DNA of 64,000 nucleotides from Macrostomum lignano (taxonomy: Eukaryota). Both the position numbers and the translations under genes were made by a program. Shown here in pieces: positions 39,454-53,300 of this stretch. The stretch is from NCBI GenBank assembly GCA_002269645.1, contig NIVC01001811.1, forward strand, positions 434,001 through 498,000. The letters run 5' to 3'. Each line of letters begins with the position of its first letter. Positions within the stretch are counted from its first letter, which is position 1. A model generated the notes under the pieces. That model was not told the DNA's origin. It made no database searches and saw only the letters and a list, made by a program, of their open reading frames with translations.

Positions 39454-41518
39454 CTAGGCGAGATCGCGGGTCAGAAGCTGACGTCTCCGATGCCGCAACA
39501 ATTTTCTGCCGCCTCTACGACCGTCGAGAGCCGACAGTGAGGCCACTGAGGCAGCCGAGCGACAGCTGCTCGGCTCAGACGACGACGAAGTCTCCGCTGA
39601 CGATGACGTCACGAATCCGTCCAGCTCTGCAGCGCCAGAACCGCCGCCGCCACTGCTCAAGACGCTCGAACTGGACTGGTGACGACTGAGTGGCGAGGAA
39701 GGCACCTGAAGCTGCTGCTGACGTTGCTGGTTGAAACTGTTCAAGCTTCCTGGGCTCCTGTGGGTGAAGAAAGATTGATACCATTCTAATTCAAACCATT
39801 CAAAAGCATCCCAAGACCTTCGATATGGTTAAGTTTCAGATTATTTACTCTCTTCAAAAATTCACAGTCATATTCGCTGTTTTACTTCAAGCAAACCCCT
39901 TAAAAAACCCAACTTCAAGTAGCGGCGTTAGGTCACTTCAGGCAGGTGACCTACCTAGCAGATGACGTCAGCTGCCTCTGGGTTGGCAACGGTCGCTGCT
40001 GTTGCTGCTGCTGATGCTGCCGACGAAAAAAGCTGAACCGACCGACCAGTCGACGAGGCGACGCGACTGGCGACGGAGTGGGCGACTGCGAAGCGGCGAT
40101 CGCAGGACGATTGGATGCCGACCGAGGCCGGTGAACGTTGAACGAAGCTTCGCGTTTCGGCCACCGTCCAGCCCCGGTAGATTCGACGGCCGTGGCTTTC
40201 TTCACCAGGCAGGGCTCGCTTGGCCAGCGCCTGCGCCCGAAGCTGAGCCCCATGAGTCGCTGGAAGAGCTGCAACAGCTGACTGGATCGAGCGCACTGCA
40301 TCGCCAAGTAGCCGCCTTCAACGTCGTAGCAGGCGTCCTGATCGAGGCTACCAACGAACTGGACGAAGAACCAACCGTTCAGACTGGAGCAGCTGGCCAC
40401 CCAACTCATTTTGCAGGTGATAATGCACGCCTTGAGAATTAGCATTGCGTTGTAATGCGTGTTAGACTAGACATCTATTCTGTCCTAAGTGGCTTTACTA
40501 GATCGATGCAGTAGGAATGTTAGTGTCCTGCACACGACAGGGTCTAATTGATTTTTTTCGACAGGCTAGCAAACACGAACTACTTAAACGCGCCCATGAA
40601 CTTTTGCTTCAAGCAAAAAAATCTTTATGAGTCTTTTCCAGGCCTAGATTTGATTGATTTAGAAAAAACGAGCGGGACACCTGATCCAACAAGCTCAAAT
40701 ACGCTTTCAATACCGAAGTCAAAATTTGATCTGCTAGTACTCGTATATTGAAGTCTAGACACGGCTGTGAAGTCAATTGGATTTTCTTCTCGTATCGATT
40801 ATTGAAATCCACGAGCTTCTAATGAACTCCTGTGTGCGCCTTTGCATCTTGTGTGTGCAGCCCTTACCTGATTAACGTCCTGCAGTTCGAATGCCTCTTG
40901 AGTGACGCGCAGCACGTACAAATAGTCAGAGCAGAGACCCAATGATTGCACCGTTAGGTTGTTCAACAGTCGAACAATCCATCCATTGTCAATGAAGTCA
41001 TTTTCAGTGCTGCTTTTGCTCTCCTGACACTGCAGATCAATGAACGTGCACAAAGGCTGTCTCAAAGCTGTCAGACAACTGTAGATCTTGTCAATTTCTA
41101 GTTGATTCTCCTGGTAGAGATTGACAACCGAACCGCCGAGTAGCGAATTCGTCTGGCGTCGCAGAGTCAAGCAGTGCACCAGTACCGAGTTGTTCTCGCC
41201 CCGCATTCTTGAGGCCAGAGCGGTCTCGCGTAGCGAACCCAACGGAATTGAGCGTCGCAGCGTTGGCCTGTCAAATAATGACGAATTAGCCGAGATTAAG
41301 TCTGCCGCGATTGACAAAGTGGCCGATAGTTTGTTGCGACAAGTTTTCACTGCAACCCGGACTCGACAGTAGTTCGCGTCCAGCGGCCAACTGATCAAGC
41401 AGTCGTTGGCTCGACGGAAATAGCTCTTGTTGATGTACACTGTGGCGCTGTTCATGCTCCAGTTGGTCGTCAGCTTCGCAAGGTAGCCCTCTCTTTGAAC
41501 TATTGCGGTCAGTATTGA
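39454..41518 (-). CDS. PH + PTB domain adaptor protein (IRS/DOK/FRS2-like), at least 3 exons, 5' end unresolved
   Basis: Phase-consistent exons 41518-40868, 40430-39955, 39757-39454. PH-like start IVQREGYLAKL...; IRS-type PTB pattern WIVRL...LGL..DYLYVLRVT..AFEL|...WVASC..LNGWFFVQF.G......EGGYLAMQC.....LL.LFQ..M; Ser/Gln-rich tail. Confidence 0.68.
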
Positions 41519-42599
41519 CTATAATACAGTAAAGGTTGCTGTCAGCTTTGAGACTGTTGCAACGGTTAATCTCCTCTTAATACGGAGCGTTTAACGAGAC
41601 CAAAACAGTTTTATAACGCCGTTAGGAAGTCGCTTATTTACTACCAGTTCTCTTGCATACTAATTATAAATTTGACGATAGGCAGCAGTTTAGCAGGCTG
41701 AAGCGTACGCGCAGACAGGAAAGGCTCTGAACACAATATGTGAATAGGGAGTCGCTGTGTACGCTGCAGAAGTTTATGTGCTTATATTCCAGGCTATCAA
41801 TGTGCATGTGGACTGCCAGAGCCAATGGCAGTATGGCATGCAACAGACCCACTCATCATAAATGCCTAAAAAGCATAGGAACCAATTGCCCATTGCCCAT
41901 TGCCCATTGGCCCAAGCCCTGCTCCTCATTGTATTTGCTATTCTGGGTATTTTTGCTTCTAAAAGTCTAAAACTATGCAAACGCGCGCAGATGTGTCAAC
42001 TAAAACTTCCAATCAACACGCAATCCTAACTTGTAGGTGCTTTGAAGCTTGAACCAATCAATCCAGTTTGCTCAAATCAGTTTTAAAATAATTCTGAATC
42101 CCTGGTTGAAGCAAAGACCACTAGACCAGGAAGGACATTGCGAGGAACTGGTTAACATAAATTTATGCTTCCTCGTCTTGGGCTTCGGGCTTCGAGAAAT
42201 GTTACTCGTTCATCATTATCCCCGTGTCAGCAAATCCTGAGACATCCGGCATCTCCCTCTGGGTGTTGAGAAGTCCCGGGGACCGTATCAATTCCTCATT
42301 CAGCAGCTCGCAGCGCTTGCCGGGACTGCGACACGTTCGAGACGCGAGCAGCGATGGGAACGGACCGATACAGACAGCCGGGCCTGTCATGCCACTCGGG
42401 CTGCTGAAAGCTTGATGAATTTTTTAAGAACCCCCGCCAACTCAAGCAGCCCGGCCATGCATCATGGGGCAGACAGGGAGAGAGGGAGGAGAAGGGAAAG
42501 AGTCAACAACGAATTATGCGTGATCCGTTTCTCGATGCTGGATCTGCGTAGTCCTCTCCTACCATCTTCGTTGTGTATTTCTGACAAAAGTGCAGCGAA

Positions 42600-43250
<651 letters not shown>

Positions 43251-43477
43251 CTCAAGCAGTTCGGAGAATCCATATGAAACTGAAGAAGCATTGCGATTTA
43301 AAATTCTACTCAAACATTCGAAACCCTGGAGACTGGGATTACAAATCTGTCAAGCCAACAAAAGACAGCAGATCCTGGAGCCAATCCATATAGCCTCAAA
43401 GCAGGACTCAAACAGCTGCTCAGATTAACCTAATCCCACTGGCGCTCTGATAAGCAGCTCAGGTTTCCAAAGTTGGT

Positions 43478-45960
43478 ATGAAATTCCTGTCGCTGGGCTG
43501 GCTCTTCCTCCTGTCGTCCTTCCTAAATCCCATATCTGGGATTCCAGGAACAGCACTACCCCCCCCCCAGCCAAGGGAAGAGGCGGAGGAGCCGCTGCGA
43601 ATCCAAAAATATGCGCGAACATGTGACACAATTTTGCGTAAGCAGCAAACAGTTTGCAACATCAATATTTTGCCTGTACAGTGCGGCACTCCCTGACCCT
43701 GACCCCTGACTCTCCCTCTGACTCTCCCTCTGACTCTCCCCCTGACTCTCCCTCTGACTCTCCCTCTGACTCTCCCTTTGACTCTCCCTCTGACTCTCCC
43801 TCTGACTCTCCCTTTGACTCTCCCTCTGACTCTCCCTCTGACTCTCCCTCTGACTCTCCCTCTGACTCTCCCTCTGACTCTCCCTCTGACTCTCCCTCTG
43901 ACTCTCCCTTTGACTCTCCCTCTGACCCTCCCTCTGACTCTCCCTTTGACTCTCCCTCTGACTCTCCCTCTGACTCCCTCTGACTCTCCCTCTGACTCTC
44001 CCTCTGACTCTCCCTCTGACTCTCCCTCTGACTCTCCCTCTGACTCTCCCTTTGACTCTCCCTCTGACTCTCCCTCTGACTCCCTCTGACTCTCCCTCTG
44101 ACTCTCCCTCTGACTCTCCCTCTGTCTCTCCCTCTGACTCTCCCCCTGACTCTCCCTCTGACTCTCCCTCTGACTCTCCCTTTGACTCTCCCTCTGACTC
44201 TCCCTCTGACTCCCTCTGACTCTCCCTGTGACTCTCCCTCTGACTCTCCCTCTGACTCTCCCTCTGACTCCCTGTGACTCTCCCTCTGACTCCCTGTGAC
44301 TCTCCCTCTGGCTCTCCCTCTGATTCTCCCTCTGACTCTCCCTCTGACTCCCTCTGACTCTCCCTCTGACTCTCCCTCTGACTCTCCCTCTGACTCTCCC
44401 TCTGACTCCCTGTGACTCTCCTTCTGACTCTCCCTCTGGCTCTCCCTCTGACTCTCCCTCTGACTCCCTATAACTCACAGCCCAAATCATTGTCACTCAT
44501 TGCTTCTGGATCAGCTTATTGTATTTTTCAAATCTGCAACAACACGATGACCAAAGCCTCTTAATTTAATGTCTTAATCCATTTTCTGCCTTTACCTTCG
44601 TCTTCTTTGCGATGATTATTTTTTCAGTCAAGAGTAGCCCAAACCCGCAGCTTGAAAAAGCAAACTATGCAGTTATTTCAAAATTACGATATTACTGCGT
44701 GGCGCTGCAAATGCCAAACCGCCCCCTGATTAAATCCCAATTTTGCGCAGTTCAGCAAAAGGCGGAGCCATCGGATCAGAGGGAACAGAGGGAGAGGAAA
44801 TATTCGCGTAAGGATATTGATCAGAAAGAATGGGGATAATGTATGGCTGAATAAATTAGGCATGAATGTAGGGCTATATGCACTGCGATCATTTTTAGTC
44901 ATTGAATATTCGTTTTCAACGTGTATGCTTAATGCTCTCTGCACCCCTATTTCAGGCTTTAGCTCGATTAGAACCCTGCTTGGCCTGACAACTGGCTGAC
45001 CCTTGCTAAGCGCAACCGTTGTGTGTAACTGGTTAAACGATTGTGTCTAACAGGTGACAGATTGTGTCTAACATGTGAGAGATTGTGTCTAACATGTGAG
45101 AGATTGTCTAACAGGTGAGAGATTGTGTCTAACATGTGAGAGATTGTGTCTAACATGTGAGAGATTGTCTAACAGGTGAGAGATTGTGTCTAACATGTGA
45201 GAGATTGTCTAACAGGTGAGAGATTGTGTCTAACATGTGAGAGATTGTCTAACAGGTGAGAGATTGTGTCTAACATGTGAGAGATTGTCTAACAGGTGAG
45301 AGATTGTGTCTAACATGTGAGATATTGTGTCTAACATGTGAGAGATTGTGTCTAACATGTGAGAGATTGTCTAACAGGTGAGAGATTGTGTCTAACATGT
45401 GAGAGATTGTGTCTAGCAGGTGAGAGATTGTGTCTAACATGTGAGAGATTGTGTCTAGCAGGTGAGAGATTGTGTCTAACATGTGAGATATTGTGTCTAA
45501 CATGTGAGAGATTGTGTCTAACATGTGAGAGATTGTCTAACATGTGAGAGATTGTGTCTAACATGTGAGATATTGTGTCTAACAGGTGAGAGATTTGTTT
45601 AACATGTGAGAGATTGTGTCTATCAGGTGAGCAATAATATTTCTGCGATTGTCAGCTTTCATTAGCAGATTCATAACAAGATTTTGCTGGGGAAAGGATC
45701 CGGGAAGTAAACAGGATGCTAGCTTAATCAAGTGAGCCCTCAAATCCTGAAGTATGCAAGACAAAAAATATTAAAGAAAAGATTTTCGAGTAAAAAGGAA
45801 GAGTTTTCTTTTCCTTAACGAACTGGACTCGATACTTGCTTTTAATTTCCTGTCCTGCATCGAAGCAGCTGACTTCGTGGAGAAAGCATTGGCTTACGGA
45901 TCCAATCCATCTACCATTTCCAAGAAAACTGCATGGCACAATGAAACGAAAATAACGTAA
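43478..45960 (+). CDS. Tentative small secreted orphan protein (2-3 coding exons)
   Basis: 43478-43637: signal peptide MKFLSLGWLFLLSSFLNPISG, donor GTAAGC, phase 1. 44628-44807: acceptor TTTTCAG, 180 nt open, donor GTAAGG, phase 1-1. Possible terminal exon 45869-45960. No family recognised. Confidence 0.42.
43704..44467. repeat. 12-bp minisatellite (TGACTCTCCCTC)n
   Basis: Pyrimidine-rich tandem array with 10-bp variants. Confidence 0.97.
45038..45622. repeat. 21/19-bp minisatellite (GAGATTGTGTCTAACATGTGA)
   Basis: Alternating 21- and 19-bp units. Confidence 0.96.
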
Positions 45961-46524
45961 AATTTGCTCTTATCATAAGTGGCGTAGGATTTTTTTCCGC
46001 AGATTTACGATCAACATCTGGATCCCGTTCACTTCCTGGTCTTAAAAAGCAATAAAATTTTATCTTTCCACATTTCAATCTCTCTTTTCTCGGCGCTTGT
46101 TATTTCTAGGCGTAAAATGTCTATATTTCTACTTATAAGAGCAGCTGTTAGTAGTATAAAATGACTGATATGCTACAAACTTATTTCTATGGTCAAAAAA
46201 TTTACAGAAACTTGTCAAAAAATCCCCCATGAATCACGGGACAAAATGGTACGCGGATACTTGCGTGCTGGACCAATTATCGGATCAAGATTAAGCTGTT
46301 TCCGTCTGTCGCCAGGCGGATATGCACTTTTTCGGAATGACACTTTACTGCTAGATTAGGTGCAGTTGTTGGTGACTAAAGTTTGACTGACACCGGCATG
46401 TGCGATTCTGTTGCAGAAGCTGCAAGAATTCTGTTGATATGAATCTGCATGAGGTGAATTGCCTGCCCTGCTGACCACAGCACTCAAAGTGACTGCTATC
46501 GAAGTTTGGACGTTACCACTCCGG

Positions 46525-47035
46525 CGCCATATCACTCATTTATTGCGTGGCGCCATATCGCTCATTTATTGCGTGGCGCCAGGTCATTCATTTATTGCGT
46601 GGCGCCAGGTCACTTATTTATTGCGTGGTGCCATATCGCTCATTTAATGCATGGCGCCAGGTCACTCATTTAATGCGTGGCGCCAGGTCACTCATTTAAT
46701 GCGTGGCGCCAGGTCACTTATTTAATGCATGGCGCCAGGTCACTCATTTAATGCGTGGCGCCAGGTCACTCATTTATTGCGTGGCGCCAGGTCACTCATT
46801 TATTGCGTGGCGCCAGGTCACTCATTCATTGCGAGGCGCCAGGTCACTCATTTATTGCGTGGCGCCAGGTCACTCATTTATTGTGTGGCCACCATGTCAC
46901 TCATTTTAGCGCCATGTCTCTCATTTATTGCGTGGCACCGCATTCATCGCTCATTTATTGTGTGGCGCCATGTCACTCATTTTGGCGTTATTTCACTTAT
47001 TTTGGCGCCATGTCACTCATTTTTGCGTTATGTTA
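46525..47035. repeat. 26-bp minisatellite (TGCGTGGCGCCAGGTCACTCATTTAT)
   Basis: Tandem units degenerating toward the 3' end. Confidence 0.94.
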
Positions 47036-47626
47036 CAAAATAATTTTGCGGTCCTAGAATTCCAAATTTATTTTAAATACCTGATGTATGTCTTTACTTA
47101 TTTTGCACAAAAAATTCAATTCTATCCTTAACTTTCTACAACTCTTTGTTTAAGTGACCTTGCAGTGAACTCTCTACCATACACTTTTTCTAGGAATGCA
47201 CCTCCAAGATCATTCTGACAACTGTGCCAGATGACCCTGGCAGATAAAATTCAAGTGTGAAATACGGTTTTACAACTCCAGTGTGTGATAAATATGAATT
47301 TGTTTATCTACCCTCATCGCACAAAGACTCACCGCACAAAGCTTGATACAGATTCCCAGAGTCGGCATCAATTTCTGCAATTAAAGATGCATTTTTAAAG
47401 CAGGAAATGTGTCAAAATTATTTAAACAAAACTGCCAGACAAGGGAAGGGGTGCTGCCAGTGTGACCTCAAGATTGGCTTTTTAGGAGACGGGATCAATT
47501 TACCTGTGAGCCACGCCTACCTTACTGGCATGCCATTGTGTTCAATAGGTTCGTTTTCTCATTCACTAGCTCGGTTCCTTTGTAATTAAACCGTTTCCTT
47601 AAAGTCTTCTGCGCTTCTTGTCTCAC

Positions 47627-48070
47627 TCTCTCACTTCTTTCTCTCCCATCTCTCTCCCATCTCTCTCCCATCTCTCTCCCATCTCTCTCCCATCTCTCTC
47701 CCATCTCTCTCCCATCTCTCTCCCCATCACTCTCCCATCTCTCTCCCATCACTCTCCCCATCTCTCTCTCCCATCTCTCTCTCATCTCTCTCCCATCTCT
47801 CTCCCATCACTCTCCCCATCTCTCTCCCATCTCTCTCCCATCTCTCTCTCATCTCTCTCCCATCTCTCTCTCATCTCTCTCCCATCTCTCTCCCATCACT
47901 CTCCCCATTTCTCTCCGCATCTCTCTCCCATCTCTCTCTCTCATCTCTCTCCCATCTCTCTCCCATCTCTCTCCCATCTCTCTCCTCATCTCTCTCCCAC
48001 CTATCTCTCATCTCTCTCCAATCTCTCTCCCATCTCTCTCCCATCTCTCTCCATCTCTCTCCCATCTCTC
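47627..48070. repeat. CT-rich about 11-bp repeat (CCATCTCTCTC)n
   Basis: Polypyrimidine tandem tract. Confidence 0.95.
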
Positions 48071-48743
48071 TTTAATCCATGAAATCTTTTAAGAATAAAA
48101 AATGCAAAATATCAACGAAAGTGTCGACACTGAAATGAATATTTTTGCGAAAAAAAAACAATTTTTCCTTGCGCTAGAAATTCCCCAAAACCGCTGAGCA
48201 TAAAGTTGATCAGCCATCCTTGATTGCGCAGTTTAAGAGTTAGAACTGACAAAATAACCAGCCATGTTTCCTTTCAAAACAAGAAAAAGAATCAGGGAAT
48301 TGTGAATTTCTGCAACTGCACCGGAACAACTGCATGTGGCCTGCCTGCCGGTTTGAAGACTTTAATAAAAATTGACGATTCACTCAGAGGTACAGAGCCA
48401 CAATTCCCTGCGGATTTTTAGCAACCAAGCAAAAAGTTAAGAACAAAAAAATCAATTCTCATCAGTTCGTAAATTTGCCAACTTTTTTGCTGCTTCTCTG
48501 TGTCGAAATGCCGACACAATCCGCTCCGCAGATTGGTGCCTGTGCCGGAAAACTTCACTGTGCGGCTCTTCAGTGGGGAAATAAAAAAGCAAAAGCATTT
48601 GCTAACAGGCACTAAAATGAATTGCAAATTTTCATGCCCATGTAGCAAACAAGGTTTTATGAGGCCTAAAATCAAGGATGTTAGTTGGTGAGACGTATGA
48701 AATATGAATTTCAACTTTTCATTACAAAAAGAGGCACTAAGAC

Positions 48744-49316
<573 letters not shown>

Positions 49317-50388
49317 CTCTTACGACTGTCTGTGTGTTTAGCGGGACCTGAGTTATGTTAATGCGTTACGTGGACCACGCAATTCCGGTTAAAAAATAGA
49401 GTCTGTTTTGACAACGCGAAAGGCTAGCTAGGGTTATCTTTTTGTTAACTTGACGGAATAGCCAGTTCGGGGAAACTGTGGTGGTTCACTAACTACGTTT
49501 TGGGGACCGGGTTAGGTGGACCGCAAAAAAACAGTTGGTTTAGTTAGACCTCTTTCGTTGTAGAAAATTTATTGCTTTAAACTGTTCTTTTGAACTATTA
49601 AAACAGAAATTCTCAAAAAAGAACAGATAAAAGGGTTACGACGTCATTTAATGAAAATATCCCAAGTTCAAACCAATTTATTTAGCATTATTAATCGGGT
49701 TAATCGGGTTAAACAAATGTACGATCGCATTAGTTAGTTGCGTCGCGTGAATACAAGAAGGTGAATGAAAATAAAGCATTTTGAAAATAAATACAGAATC
49801 ATATCAAATACTAACTGTAAACTCATTAAAACTAATTTAAGTCAAAATGTATGCTTCAAATACATGTTAACAAACGTAAGATTCCATTAGTTAAAAAAGG
49901 TCATCCGAGTACGAGCCTACAAGAAGTTGAAGGGCATTTTTAATAACGACAAAAGTTACTAAAACTGAAATTAAATTGATTTGACTACATCAGTCCTATT
50001 ATACTGAATGAGTTGGTGAGCAATCATATGATAAGCCAATCATTTTACCGACTTTCATCTTTTCGTTCACGCAGATGATGGCTTAATCTTCTTATTTTTC
50101 TACGAAATATTCTCCTGGACCTTCCCTGCCTCCGTGGTCCGAGACCGCTTCTGTTATTGATCTGTCATTGCCTCTCTCACGAATTTCAGCTTACTCAGCA
50201 ATCGAATCCGCTTTCGTCAGCTCAGCTCTATGATGAACCTTTCTATATTTCTCGTCAATTAGTGGTTTGAATCTTCTTTTACAGTTCGTTTTAACCTTCA
50301 TCTCGGTGAAACGCAGTCAGTCTCGTCGAGCTCAGGCGAACAAAATCAACCACAGGCTCCTACAAAGGTAGATAATAAAATAAACTGA

Positions 50389-53300
50389 CAATCAAACAGA
50401 CACAGAAATCTGTTCCAGTTGTGTCTGTAGGTTATGTGGACCACCTGAGAGCCAGAGCCTCAAACAGACAGAGAAATCTGTTCGAGTTGTGTCTGTAGGT
50501 GAGGTGAACCACCTTCTGAGAGCCAAAGCTCAAACAGACTGAGAGAGCTGCTTCAGTTGTGTCTATAGGTTATGTGGACCACCTAAGAGCCAGAGCCTCA
50601 AACAGACAGAGAAATCTGTTCGAGTTGTGTCTGTAGGTTAGGTGGACCACCTTCTGAGAGCCAAAGCCTCAAACAGACTGAGAGAGCTGCTTCAGTTGTG
50701 TCTGTAGGTTATGTGGACCACCTAAGAGCCAGAGCCTCAAACAGACAGAGAAATCTGTTCGAGTTGTGTCTGTAGGTTAGGTGGACCAGCTACTCCAAAG
50801 CACTTCTAGGCGATAATCTGAGCCAGGAGTCTCCGAGAGCCTCTCGTTACACATCCAGATGTTCTGCCTTGATGCTGGACTAGCTCACTTTCTAGGAATC
50901 TGTTCTGATTGCATTCTAACAAACTGAAGCATTCTCGCACTAAACTTTCTCGGCGGCTCTGAGAGCCAGAGCCTCAAACAGACAGAGAAATCTGTTCGAG
51001 TTGTGTCTGTAGGTTAGGTGGACCAGCTACTCCAAAGCACTTCTAGGCGATAATCTGAGCCAGGAATCTCCGAGAGCCTCTCGTTACACATCCAGATGTT
51101 CTACCTTGATGCTGGACTAGCTCACTTTCTAGGAATCTGTTCTGATTGCATTCTAACAAACTGAAGCATTCTCGGCACTAAACTTTCTCGGCGGCTCTGA
51201 GAGCCAGAGCCTCAAACAGACAGAGAAATCTGTTCGAGTTGTGTCTGTAGGTTAGGTGGACCAGCTACTCCACAGCACTTCTAGGCGATAATCTGAGCCA
51301 GGAATCTCCGAGAGCCTCTCGTTACACATACAGATGTTCTACCTTGATGCTGGACTAGCTCACTTTCTAGGAATCTGTTCTGATTGCATTCTAAAAAACT
51401 GAAGCATTCTCGGCACTAAACTTTCTCGGCGGCTCTGGGATCCACAGCCTCAAACAGACAGAAATCTGTTCGAGTTGTGTCTGTAGGTTAGGTGGACCAG
51501 ATACTCCAAAGCACTTCTAGGCGATAATCTGAGCCAGGAGTCTCCGAGAGACTTTCGTTACACATCCAGATGTTCTACCTTGATGCTGGACTAGCTCACT
51601 TTCTAGGAATCTGTTCTGATTGCATTCTAACAAACTGAAGCATTTTCTGCACTAAACTTTCTCGGCGGCTCTAAGAGCCAGAGCCTAAACAGACAGAGAA
51701 ATCTGTTCGAGTTGTGTCTGTAGGTTAGGTGGACCACCTTCTGAGAGCCAAAGCCTCAAACAGACTGAGAGAGCTGCTTCAGTTGTGTCTGTAGGTTATG
51801 TGGACCACCTAAGAGCCAGAGCCTCAAACAGACAGAGAAATCTGTTCGAGTTGTGTCTGTAGGTTAGGTGGACCAGCTACTCCACAGCACTTCTAGGCGA
51901 TAATCTGAGCCAGGAATCTCCGAGAGCCTCTCGTTACACATCCAGATGTTCTGCCTTGATGCTGGACTAGCTCACTTTCTAGGAATCTGTTCTGATTGCA
52001 TTCTAACAAACTGAAGCATTCTCGGCACTAAACTTTCTCGGCGGCTCTGAGATCCAGAGCCTCAAACAGACAGAGAAATCTGTTCGAGTTGTGTCTGTAG
52101 GTTAGATGGACCAGCTACTCCACAGCACTTCTAGGCGATAATCCGAGCCAGGAATCTCCGAGAGCCTCTCGTTACACATCCAGATGTTCTGCCTTGATGC
52201 TGGACTAGCTCACTTTCTAGGAATCTGTTCTGATTGCATTCTAACAAACTGAAGAATTTTCTGCACTAAACTTTCTCGGCGGCTCTGAGAGCCAGAGCCT
52301 CAAACAGACAGAGAAATCTGTTCGAGTTGTGTCTGTAGGTTAGGTGGACCAGATACTCCAAAGAACTTCTAGGCGATAATCTGAGCCAGGAGTCTCCGAG
52401 AGACTTTCGTTACACATCCAGATGTTCTGCCTTGATGCTGGACTAGCTCACTTTCTAGGAATCTGTTCTGATTGCATTCTAACAAACTGAAGCATTTTCT
52501 GCACTAAACTTTCTCGGCGGCTCTAAGAGCCAGAGCCTAAACAGACAGAGAAATCTGTTCGAGTTGTGTCTGTAGGTTAGGTGGACCACCTTCTGAGAGC
52601 CAAAGCCTCAAACAGACTGAGAGAGCTGCTTCAGTTGTGTCTGTAGGTTATGTGGACCACCTAAGAGCCAGAGCCTCAAACAGACAGAGAAATCTGTTCG
52701 AGTTGTGTCTGTAGGTTAGGTGGACCAGCTACTCCAAAGCACTTCTAGGCGATAATCTGAGCCAGGAGTCTCCGAGAGACTTTCGTTACACATCCAGATG
52801 TTCTGCCTTGATGCTGGACTAGCTCACTTTCTAGGAATCTGTTCTGATTGCATTCTAACAAACTGAAGCATTCTCGGCACTAAACTTTCTCGGCGGCTCT
52901 GAGAGCCAGAGCCCCAAACAGACAGAGAAATCTGTTCGAGTTGTGTCTGTAGGTTAGGTGGACCAGCTATTCTACAGCACTTCTAGGCGATAATCTGAGC
53001 CAGGAGTCTCCGAGAGCCTCTCGTTACACATCCAGATGTTCTGCCTTGATGCTGGACTAGCTCACTTTCTAGGAATCTGTTCTGATTGCATTCTAACAAA
53101 CTGAAGCATTCTCGGCACTAAACTTTCTCGGCGGCTCTGAGAGCCAGAGCCTCAAACAGACAGAGAAATCTGTTCGAGTTGTGTCTGTAGGTTAGGTGGA
53201 CCAGCTACTCCAAAGCACTTCTAGGCGATAATCTGAGCCAGGAGTCTCCGAGAGCCTCTCGTTACACATCCAGATGTTCTGCCTTGATGCTGGACTAGCT

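Noticed and set aside
43600-43696. Insulin-like B-chain in ORF 43478-43696 next to the IRS-like gene
   Set aside because: Cys spacing is 10 not 11, the CG motif is absent, no A-chain was found, and a strong donor at 43638 removes the second Cys.
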